Positions 51,301 to 56,087 of a stretch of DNA of 64,000 bases are shown here, piece by piece. A model generated the notes under the pieces. The model was not told where the DNA came from, did no database searches, and saw only the letters and a list, made by a program, of their open reading frames with translations. Each line of letters begins with the position of its first letter. The first letter of the stretch is position 1. The translations under genes and the position numbers were made by a program. The DNA lies in the NCBI GenBank assembly GCA_012514745.1, contig JAAYZR010000025.1, positions 18,930 to 82,929 on the forward strand, given 5' to 3'. The stretch is from Candidatus Undivivens industriae. Its GTDB lineage: Bacteria; Omnitrophota; Gorgyraeia; Gygaellales; Profunditerraquicolaceae.

Positions 51301-52700
51301 CCCCTGGTCAGATAAATGGCGTCCTGCGAAGCCACATACACGGCATCGCCGCCGTAGCGCAGTTCAAAAGCCGCCGCCGACTCTTCCCTCCACTTCTTTT
51401 GCGCGGGATAATACCGGTAAGTGGAGCTGTAGCTGTGGTTGCTCAACAGGCGCAGTTCGCTGCCGCTGCCGTCCGGGTCGTAAATATACATCCTGCCATA
51501 GATGTAGAACGGCAGAGCCGGCATCTCCACGTTTTTGGCGAGCGTGGATGAATAAGCCGAACTCTCCCAGGTGTCGGAGCCTATGGAATATCTGCCGAAC
51601 CACCTGCCGGCGCCGTACCAAGAGTAAAGGTAGTCCCCGGAACCGGGATAGACCACATCGGAATCCCAAGTCTGGCCGGTGGGACAGTTGGAAAGCGTGG
51701 TCCAGGCGTTGGAGCCGGCGGTATAATCGAATTTGGCGAAAGTGACGGAACCGCCGCCCGCGGTAGCGTAGATATAGGGAGAATCGGCTTTGGGATAACA
51801 AAGAGAAGCGCCGACACCCACGGTAAAAGGCGCGGATTCCACCGCCGACCAGGAACCGGTGGCGTTGATGTCCAAAGGCATCACGAACCTGTAGAAGACC
51901 GAAGTGTTGTTGCCGCAAAAGGCGTATGCCCGGCCGATGGAAGACACGATAGCGATCGTCCCGCCGTAACCTACGGTGGAAGGGACGTTGGCCTTGACAT
52001 GCCAGGTATTGGTGGATATTTTATAAGCGTAAAACTCCTTGCGATTACCTCCTATCAAGGCATATATTACGTCGCTGCCGTCGTAAGCCAAAGCGGCTCC
52101 CTGGCCTGTGCTCACGGGTATGCTTTCCATCAATTCCCATTTCTCTTCGTCAATGGACCAACGGGCAAACGCCTTATTGTCGTTGCCGCACTGCCATAAG
52201 GAATAGATGTAATTCCCGGCCTTGACCAGCGGTGATGTCCTGCCCATATAAGGAGAGAAAGGAAGACTGGACCATTGGCCGAGAGAACTGCAGAAAGGGT
52301 CCTGGTAAACCGTGTTGATCTCTACCCTGGCGGAGGCGCCGCTGCCTCCGACCACCACGTTGTTTTTCGTCCCCAGGGAAAAGTCCGTATCCGTGTCGTC
52401 TGTCAGTGCGAGGGTCAGCGGAGACATCACCAACTTGCCCGTAACGCTGGTGGTAAGATTGGAGCTTTTGGAGGAATATTTGGTCCAGTTGCTCTTGTTG
52501 GTAGGGTGTTTGGCTGTATCGGTGGAGGCTCCGCCTCTCCAGTCGCCCTGGCTGAAGTTATAGTATTCTTCACAGAAGGCGCCGGAACAGAGACAAAGAG
52601 AACAGACCAGGAGCGCCGCCAGCGGCATTATCATTATCAATATTCCGGGGTATCCCCTTTTCTTCATCTCTATCTTTCCTTCAGCGCCATACTTACGCAT
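39381..52700 (-). CDS. Giant (4,439 aa) secreted multi-domain protein: beta-propeller blades, DUF2341-like regions, tandem Ig-like modules, coiled-coil C-terminus
   Basis: Uninterrupted 13.3-kb ORF with a signal-like N-terminus. It has more than 15 Kelch-like blades marked by (V/M)YPGSGDY(I/L)Y. Two regions carry D-x-RF-x-D-x-DG...L-x-Y motifs. At least 12 tandem modules of about 85 aa have the form TSPNGGE-W--G----ITW---G-------YS-D-G-TW--I------G-Y-W-VP. The last 300 aa or so are coiled coil. Its ATG overlaps the upstream radical SAM stop (ATGCGTAA). Confidence 0.8.
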   Translation of the reverse strand: MRKYGAEGKIEMKKRGYPGILIMIMPLAALLVCSLCLCSGAFCEEYYNFSQGDWRGGASTDTAKHPTNKSNWTKYSSKSSNLTTSVTGKLVMSPLTLALTDDTDTDFSLGTKNNVVVGGSGASARVEINTVYQDPFCSSLGQWSSLPFSPYMGRTSPLVKAGNYIYSLWQCGNDNKAFARWSIDEEKWELMESIPVSTGQGAALAYDGSDVIYALIGGNRKEFYAYKISTNTWHVKANVPSTVGYGGTIAIVSSIGRAYAFCGNNTSVFYRFVMPLDINATGSWSAVESAPFTVGVGASLCYPKADSPYIYATAGGGSVTFAKFDYTAGSNAWTTLSNCPTGQTWDSDVVYPGSGDYLYSWYGAGRWFGRYSIGSDTWESSAYSSTLAKNVEMPALPFYIYGRMYIYDPDGSGSELRLLSNHSYSSTYRYYPAQKKWREESAAAFELRYGGDAVYVASQDAIYLTRGEGTRNFYRYFLTFNPVNSSNTAVSFQWEKLSDVTFAGNTLGIHRGGCLGYKQGDDYIYCLQGYEQDGFSRYSLTSQSWEQLPALPQNLAYGGNRLVVTDDYVYCLGGRNNTGGTVTYTANLYRYDKTGRAWATVSTNPYGTFQTGVCAAYDGSDYIYMFRASARTEFMSYRLSTGTWERRANLPDCWRSQCQGRLVYSSSENAIYYSEGGACNLEFRRAFFKYNISTNSWQTLFFPPVFQKGKLCASDTKLYNVGYYGYGGVQTYTFATGEWNNPLVNYNFGPGRNVSGSLVVKGDYMYLFSNRWSNYVWKYSISRKKWVNLIKLPFIVHGAGHRAVYPGSGDYIYVSEGNMNKNFWKYNTETGIWMQINSSPYMFTYGARMVSDESSIYVCPGYYNSTTFLKFTDDESGGSWVALTSMLEGISSEGNGTCLIPDGPYKGIYMLKQAGAVKFTKYSIDSDTWGYLSDAPWSIADYCYLMYPGAGDYLYCLKGGGRDFARYSLSQNSWTILTEAPLSVSGMPGGYYPGSGDIIYFYLGTGHGDLGTNFNRYSISQNRWDETIVYPASASYGASICPMPSGDDVFYLRGGNSTSCYKYNLSSSVWYTLQSTPSGVYYDSKSVYPGTGDDIYVTRGRGYSDFWKYTVSTDLWTNLAAPPATFSTGQAIEYKDGYIYVLRGGSTTTLWRYSIANNDWKEVASAPSACALGANLVYPGSGDYIYVTPGNGSTAFWKYDTVANTWSTLTVLPMLNVGASLFSPGFGDYIYLFVSYNYDIAYGTPYFYRYSISSNTWEKNEDMPFSMDGQANAMYPGSGDYIYVSSGYGNYSLMKYLLFSSGEYTSEIKEIGNNAGYGAVTWQDNSQGQIEVRVRTGNNSSLSDAIAWGYAGKITKGRDLSSYSSVNDKDKYLQYRLRFFCYDLASPPQMDSITINYNKYPAQETLVSTAYDTTFTTDRLKSLFWTSTLPSGTDIRFQMRTAPDSNGSPGAWSSWLGPEGVQEITYDFENAYEYANTSEVVLSAGTAKLSKVLADYLYRQKIVVDNTSGSSSYANTTVKVEIPSADIDFWDHVADDGSDIRFTDSDGKTPLKYRVMGFSKDKKSASCWVTVPSIPQGTAKEIYLLYGKWSATSESDASLAESMIGTDFYALTFTFLDIISTDAPNRVYIEKLNAEGQVVASTFLDFTSVGETQRYTDTALTCYHVYSQKPITLFASSIEPSSTSDDDYYTASGNDLWLWCPAYNYDGDVIITAYNDDTQIKITDYGKGDDTGTLTLDAGNFWFGWNRVDSRGEVWHIEATKPVTVQAGLIGHGDSSEQMRSPDMREYYFYCPDANVTFTAYEDNTNIVFDNLDGVTGDYSGTLNKGQSYRHIPNSGSAMTLRARLSADKPLCAVADDMNGGKGQIYQSADTLVSVGKDYYINTGGARYLKLIDYEEGANNITVTGDISPSPTTLTLSARGGMATLDPGSTWRNLHLTGTKKFAVYAYSSYGEAITPVLKPTEFNHLISTYLVAKEEPADGPALAGWLYKETIKIDNTLNTQELTDFQVAVDVDKNHRDFWLHCLADGGDVRFVDGDGSALLNYYAESFSYTGKEARFWVKIPVLPYTEQKIIYMYYGKADAASLSDGDGVFEFFDDFDAGLDKWDSQYCNLTTISSIFGMDSSPFNLSAGASTVSTTVAIPSGIVAGRTYDWYWELRWPNGALVEAQSIAQPFTLYHDLLRMTAGPFMEKNVAPGQVITTIGGTFTNNYSIAMNGLRFRFTLTDVDTGASFQEIDSTTFNVPVGTSTISNISITMPSGLTAGHLYSWSWAVLDQNNNQLFSSSAAPAALFNIACKFQLSSGPVLPSSVTGGTSASISGTFDNAAEVSLNSLFWRFTLTDTTQGGRSVAKVAHNGYLQAKSNVSPNYDITTEVTWQTANKTGRHFIGICDPNAKVSTGINNSNYKAGYDVLISSNGYYYAESGNGYTTWNSIRTPYTFAMWNKDKMSWKPHDTLNGQTGQVIFELSTGDKLTYNAGYVAGPGLAIKPTIRSSSDAIYVDKIMVYKKAVVKPYVGFVFTETANPTGMEVYYTTNPVIQPVLGVFYDNNLTAFQEVNTIPLDTDIKYQVSCDGYNWHWWDGTAWKEVSGGFSQTNEAPEINNNLAAFQTKFPSGEFFFRAFLNSADGVGTPLLDTVSVFTTSEPTYYITPSGSLVNFLNSDIVNDRWVQYKAVLNSYGQETPVLQNVGFSYLDAVLTITSPNGGESLPIGTTVLITWTSQGIDGADNQVKIEYSTDGGSTWMLIVDNLANNGAYEWQVANNPSPNALIRVTSKKYSAIRDTSDAAFGIMGLILNSPNGGNQWEIGSTHNITWSSYGTVSNNLKIECSLDGGTTWLYPPVADQRINNGLYTWNIPNRESYISSVCLMRITDMNNTNITDRSNTVFSIVPKPSMTITSPVGGEVWKAGSAKDITWDNRGNVNPLVNVYYSVDSGSNWTLLQSSVSNTGTYACTVPNVLSSRVRIRIAETAVPPGRDTQAQMETASEGDFTITLPTIKLSSPNGSEKWVRGDTREIAWSSDGAIGENALRIEYSVDEEENWAAVSEDEADDGSYSWVIPQGAVGGNVKIRITDTSRPEVFDESDAYFEVLDKPIIVLVQPNGGEKTTIGAPYEVKWFTIGDALDDQFLTVYFSPDSGEHYEVISDQRPNNGSYFWIPPEVEISTARIKIKCDDSENFPWVEDSSDADFTIQKPQLTLTWPNGGESLYAAGTYSITWESVGSIGLNAIKLEYSVNGGSTWQMISGGLANSGSYSWKTADSPTSELKIRVSDDSQPGVKGESKNNNSIIAPSLTLTSPNGGELWVVGIDYPVTWTSVGDHNSISNNLVLQYSVNNGSTWKSIAGGIPNDGTYIWHIPNDISDNCKVRIYDYSRTATQDTSDAVFKISAPSITITTPNGGEAWPYGTNHEILWNIIGQVSDDVTITYSVNGGTTWLPVYSGPTNNHSYAWNVPENISSTCKIKIKDNEPPYIEDTTDTVFSIAYPIITVTRPNGGEILVVTDNENITWSTEGTVSNSLKIEYSRDNFVLDINEIADNVANTGVYIWRVPEVLSTVLRVRITDNSVPQITDKSNAGFSILPFPVVTIDSPNGGERWRIGTKHNITWHDNGGPLSNNLVLQYSVDGGSNWKPISGGVPNSGSYEWTIPEDYSVNAVVRITDNQRATTVDHSDAAFIIDYPKITITAPVSATSWAVGDPAVITWVSEGAVSDNLLLQYSTDNFITLETIGVGEANDGSYNWSVPDEPTNNMKIRIVDGNRPATIATSEAFNVLQYPQIAVTSPNGGEEYVVGDSVNITWTSKGLSINPLTIVYSSDNFATTHTIKTGAPNTGSYNWVIPDDTICVNTLKIKIYDPTRTVISDASNNNFRIRGGFNITYPAANIDWAVNEPRSVTWQTRGQIPNVKLDYSVDAGNTWTTIVTSTPNTGVYTWAPPDYHGQKALLKVSDPTDDTVYSVSPSFNIIYYRITWMVKDYDNMDNLQNLSVRDTWWSDPSATIICPVTQEYPYGHYTTFWSKEGYIERSTDWIADGNKSITLLLENSISAQIEWHVLLSTAYNSATDTISASSWLERRGKIVGLNDIDRADLTSATLSVYDGETLIKTLTSGTPDGNGAFWFTWADTGLTSGKTYFVKSTVVFRGSTYNSGASIDVTTELTAKGQTAILQNLQTQTATIQSQVTQDIPQKITQAKEEIREDTARILTATETDIPEKIEEERRQQETDIRSEILNRENSVRSGTDLVVRYRTYPGVQPTVDFYDPNNVQRVSKGVMTEVSGGIYEYTITVSSGWGRGDFTVVCSESTYGSLDAMIISVIRSDIEQIAGQVSAVLGTTSGLNNFSKVADTLSSQFAVIESALGKISKDLVDQVKEVAGSATDINSVYMQLVNIGRELKKVSTEQNVSLEKLLEVNEEKKSDMTYLKNKTQELKAVMDINQKMIDNIANKPVTQTWFEFK

Positions 52701-53562
52701 GAAAATACTCCGAACTCCCCGCCGGTTTCTTCTCTTCCAGGCCGGGGATACCGCAGGCGTCGGCCCTGCACTGCCTGCACTTCCTGAACTGGTTTATGCA
52801 AAGCTCACACGCGCTCCTGGCCTCCTGCAGCTCCACGCAGGTGGGAGGCCGCTTATCCTTCATCTGCGAGACCGGGATAAGCGGGATAATATTCATTATG
52901 TGCGCGCCCAGCGCCGAATACTCCTTGGCTATCGCAAAAACCTGCTGCTTGTTGATCTCCGGGATAAGCACGGTATTGACCTTCACCGTGAAGCCGGCCT
53001 TGACGGCTTTTCCGACCCCGTCCTTCTGCCGCTCTATGAGAAGCGCGGCGCCTTCTTCTCCTGTATATGTCTTACCTTTAAAGTTGACGAACCCGTATAT
53101 CTGCGCGCCTATTGCGGCATCGAGGGTATTGACGGTGACCGTGACCGTCCCCACCTTAAGTTCCTTCAATACGGCGATCTTATCCGCAAGCAGCAGCCCG
53201 TTGGTGGAGAGGCACTTCATCAGATCCGGATGGTGTTTCTCCATCAGCCTGAAAGTCTCGAAGGTCTCCTCGTTGGCCAGGGACTCTCCCGGCCCGGCTA
53301 TGCCGGCAACGGTTATACAGTATTTCCTGCGCGCCTCGCTCACTTTTTCCAGCGCCTCGGCCGGTGAAATTATCTTCTCCGACACCCCGGGCCTGTCTTC
53401 AGTCAGATTAAGAGAGCGCAGACAGTATTTACAGCCGATATTGCAGTCGCGCGCCACCGGAAGATGCACCCTGCCGTAGCGGGAATGCGCCGCCTCCGAG
53501 AAACAGGGGTGCCTGTCGAGAGAAAAGGTCTTTTTACGCAGGAACCTGCCGAGAATATTCAT
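52693..53562 (-). CDS. NifB-like radical SAM protein (radical SAM core only)
   Basis: RHPCFSEAAHSRYGRVHLPVARDCNIGCKYCLRSLNLTEDRPGVSE resembles the NifB N-terminus with a CxxxCxxC cluster motif. 289 aa with no NifX-like C-domain. The stop overlaps the giant gene start. Confidence 0.7.
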   Translation of the reverse strand: MNILGRFLRKKTFSLDRHPCFSEAAHSRYGRVHLPVARDCNIGCKYCLRSLNLTEDRPGVSEKIISPAEALEKVSEARRKYCITVAGIAGPGESLANEETFETFRLMEKHHPDLMKCLSTNGLLLADKIAVLKELKVGTVTVTVNTLDAAIGAQIYGFVNFKGKTYTGEEGAALLIERQKDGVGKAVKAGFTVKVNTVLIPEINKQQVFAIAKEYSALGAHIMNIIPLIPVSQMKDKRPPTCVELQEARSACELCINQFRKCRQCRADACGIPGLEEKKPAGSSEYFHA

Positions 53563-54137
53563 CTGACGGCCCCTCCGGATTTATATATGTAAAGCGCTCC
53601 CGTCAACACAAGTATGACCCCTCCCGCTCTTTTTATGACGTGCCTGTGCGGCGCCACCCTCCCCAGCAGACCGGCTGAAACAAATCCCAGAGAAAGATAG
53701 ACCGAAGAGCTTAAGGCGTAAGCCAGCGAAACAAGCATGCCCTGGAACAGCTTTGTGCCCAGTATCAAAGGCACAAGATAAATGTATTTTCTGCCGGGAT
53801 TCAGCATACCCCGCATAAGTCCCATCCCGAACCCCACCCTGCCCTGCAGAGAGCCGCCGTTTTTTTCCCGGTGATTCCCGACGGACAAAAGGGAATATAT
53901 CCCCATTGCGGCGACCGCTATGCCGAACAGCAGATTCACGGCCCTTTTATCTATAGTCAAAGAACGCCCCAGCAAAGCGACTATCAGGCCGAAAATGAGC
54001 AGACCGATCAGCCTGCCGAGAAGGAATTTCAGGCCCGCGTACCTGTCCGATAGAGTGAGCCCGAAAGCCAGGAATGGGCAGATGAACAGCCCTTCCGCGG
54101 ACAACCCTATCACCAGCGCCGTTAATATCCTCTCCAT
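53559..54137 (-). CDS. Polytopic membrane protein (about 6 TM), unknown function
   Basis: 192 aa, hydrophobic throughout. Overlaps the downstream radical SAM gene by 4 nt. Confidence 0.5.
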   Translation of the reverse strand: MERILTALVIGLSAEGLFICPFLAFGLTLSDRYAGLKFLLGRLIGLLIFGLIVALLGRSLTIDKRAVNLLFGIAVAAMGIYSLLSVGNHREKNGGSLQGRVGFGMGLMRGMLNPGRKYIYLVPLILGTKLFQGMLVSLAYALSSSVYLSLGFVSAGLLGRVAPHRHVIKRAGGVILVLTGALYIYKSGGAVR

Positions 54138-54155
54138 ACGCTCTGCCCGCCCTTT

Positions 54156-54695
54156 TCAATGGCACTTAAAACTCTCCACGATACCCCGGAATTCGCTTTT
54201 AGTGACCGTTCCCAGCAGATCCAGAAAAAGGAATTGCCTGCCGGTCTCCGGACAACTGAAGCGGCAAAGCAGTATCTCCTCTTCGGAAGACTTCCCGCAG
54301 GGGCGCGTAACGTTCACGCTCCCTTTCGAGAAAGATACCGCGTGCCCGTTTACCCGGGTCTCTTTATCATCCTCACGTTCTCCGGAAGAAAGCCTATACC
54401 TTTCCGCGGGGAAAAAAGACATTACCTCCTGTCTCTGTTTTCCCCAGGAAACGGCGAATAAACGCTCGAACATCCCCCGCTCTGTCGTGCTTACGAAGAT
54501 CACCGTCCCTTTCTCTTCGCCGCCTTCCACCGTTTCCGGAGGAAGGAACGCGGGGACTTCAAAACTTATGTTGCTGTCCTTCTTCCGATCTATCTGTCTC
54601 TTGTCGCCGGCTCCCGGAGCGTCCTGCGCGGCTAAAAGCAGAAAAACCAGGGACAAAAAGAACGTCCATGAGCTTCTGTATCCGGGGATTCTCAC
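54156..54695 (-). CDS. Secreted hypothetical protein
   Basis: Signal peptide WTFFLSLVFLLLAAQDAPGA. The GTG start overlaps the stop of the upstream HUH gene (GTGA). Confidence 0.45.
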   Translation of the reverse strand: MRIPGYRSSWTFFLSLVFLLLAAQDAPGAGDKRQIDRKKDSNISFEVPAFLPPETVEGGEEKGTVIFVSTTERGMFERLFAVSWGKQRQEVMSFFPAERYRLSSGEREDDKETRVNGHAVSFSKGSVNVTRPCGKSSEEEILLCRFSCPETGRQFLFLDLLGTVTKSEFRGIVESFKCH

Positions 54696-55678
54696 TTCTT
54701 CCCGCCTTTTGCCTTTTCTCTTTCTTCCGTGAGTTCTTTCACCTTCTGTTTCTCTATATCAAGGCGCTTCTGCATCGCCTGATAGGATACCAGGTCGGCG
54801 CGGTACAATTCCTGCAGGTCCTTCTTGATGAATTCCCTGTCCTTCATCAACCTTTCGCTGTACTCCATATCCTTACGGCGAGAGATGTTTTTAAGCCTGT
54901 TTTTCAGATTGACCTGCACGATCAGCAGCGAAACGGCGATAACACAGAAAACCGGGATAAGCATCTTCGCCCGGCGCAGGGAGACCTCGTTTTCGCCGTG
55001 CGCTCCGGCCGCGGCGGAAGTTTTCTCGCTCTCGACTTCCGCTCTCACTTTAGCCACGAAATCATCGCTGCCGAGGATGTTCTTCCTGACCAGCTCTTTA
55101 CCGAGCGCTTCCATCTCCGGAGCCGAAAGAAACCCCATATATTCCGGATACGTCAAAGGCGCGTCTGCGGCCTGCGACAAAAGCGCTTCCATTTCCCTGC
55201 GCTCCGCCTGCATATCGAAAAGACTGCCCTGCCCTTGCCCGGCGAATGCCCGATAACTGCTGAATTCATAGGCCCCGGGATCATCGGCAAACCCCAGTTT
55301 GCAAGGGTTCTTGTGCATATACGCGCTTACCCCGGGTAAATAACCGCTTTTTTCCAGAATGGTGATCTTCGCCCTTTCCTGGAGAAGATGCCCTTTCCTG
55401 CCGTAACGGGAATTGAAATATTTGGTGTAATTGGAGTTCAAGGCGTGCATTATCCGGGAAACCGTGCATCCCTCCCTGGGCTCGATAAGCAGATGCACGT
55501 GGTTCGGAAGCAGAACAAAAGAAAACACCCTGCAGCCGAACTGTTCTTTATATTTTCTTAATAATTCAATGTATGTCCGAAAGTCCCGGCTGTCTTTGAA
55601 AATGACTTCTTCATTATCTCCGCGGGAGGTAACGTAATAAACGGAGCCCTCGATGTAAATGCGTGGTATCTTCTCCAT
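54692..55678 (-). CDS. HUH/Y1 transposase-like (IS200/RAYT-like) domain protein with C-terminal TM + coiled-coil extension
   Basis: The N-terminal 150 aa carry YYVTSRG, HuH motif LLPNHVHLL and tyrosine motif AYMHKNPCKLGFADDPGAYEFSSYRAF. A TM segment LIPVFCVIAVSLLIVQ and a K/E-rich coiled coil follow. GAGGAGTG SD precedes the chosen ATG(55678). Confidence 0.6.
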   Translation of the reverse strand: MEKIPRIYIEGSVYYVTSRGDNEEVIFKDSRDFRTYIELLRKYKEQFGCRVFSFVLLPNHVHLLIEPREGCTVSRIMHALNSNYTKYFNSRYGRKGHLLQERAKITILEKSGYLPGVSAYMHKNPCKLGFADDPGAYEFSSYRAFAGQGQGSLFDMQAERREMEALLSQAADAPLTYPEYMGFLSAPEMEALGKELVRKNILGSDDFVAKVRAEVESEKTSAAAGAHGENEVSLRRAKMLIPVFCVIAVSLLIVQVNLKNRLKNISRRKDMEYSERLMKDREFIKKDLQELYRADLVSYQAMQKRLDIEKQKVKELTEEREKAKGGKK

Positions 55679-55716
55679 TTTCACTCCTCTATGCGTGGCA
55701 CGCCGCCGCAAAACAT

Positions 55717-55743
55717 AAAAAAAACCGGGCAGTCCTGCCCGGG
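55717..55743 (-). terminator. Intrinsic terminator (candidate riboswitch expression platform)
   Basis: Minus-strand CCCGGGCAGGACUGCCCGG followed by U8. Lies about 30 nt after the aptamer-like segment and 27 nt upstream of the RBS/ATG at 55678. Confidence 0.7.
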
Positions 55744-55774
55744 ATCGTCAAATCAAGCATATCCCAAGTCTTCG

Positions 55775-55862
55775 GCAGTCTGCCGTTCCTTATAAACAGC
55801 CAAGGAAGCATGACTTTGCGCCCTCCGGTTACCCGGAGTTTGCCTTTTCGGATCGAGATACA
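55775..55862 (-). ncRNA. c-di-GMP-I (GEMM)-like riboswitch aptamer
   Basis: Minus strand: AAAAGGCAAAC-UCCGGGUAACCGGAG-GGCGCAAAGUC-AUGCUUCCUUGGCUGUUUAUAAGGAAC-GGCAGAC. This parallels the Vibrio cholerae Vc2 aptamer, whose sequence is given here from memory: GGGCAAACC, a P2 hairpin with GNRA tetraloop, GACGCAAAGCC, a P3 hairpin, then GGUAGC. Confidence 0.55.
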
Positions 55863-55876
55863 ATCTACCTGTATAA

Positions 55877-55904
55877 AGTATACCACAAATAGCGCTTTTA
55901 TCAA
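55877..55904 (-). promoter_or_regulatory. Extended -10 sigma70-like promoter driving the riboswitch leader
   Basis: Minus strand TTGATA-16 nt-TATACT, with TG immediately upstream of the -10 hexamer (TGGTATACT). The predicted TSS is near 55870. Confidence 0.45.
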
Positions 55905-56087
55905 TCCAGCGGCGTTCGCCCGGATCTCTTTCGGGATATTCTCCCAATATCCCGGAAAAACGGACTTGAACGCCTCCCAATACGCCCAGATCTCCAGAAG
56001 TGGTGCCCGGCCGCGCTCCCATTTAAAAGAAACCCCCTATAAGTAGTGCGCTGTTGAAAATTTATGTTACACTACGGTAACTGCTAT

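Noticed and set aside
55717-55743. This hairpin as the terminator of the upstream transglutaminase-like gene
   Set aside because: It lies about 350 nt after that gene's stop, with a promoter-like element between them. It fits better as the expression platform of the riboswitch-like leader. It may nevertheless also stop read-through.
55689-55904. 71-aa minus-strand ORF overlapping the riboswitch-like leader
   Set aside because: It reads straight through the aptamer-like hairpins and the intrinsic terminator and has no SD. The RNA-structure interpretation explains the region better.
55753-56022. 89-aa minus-strand ORF in the long spacer upstream of the HUH gene
   Set aside because: No SD and odd composition. 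It overlaps the predicted promoter and leader of the riboswitch-like RNA.
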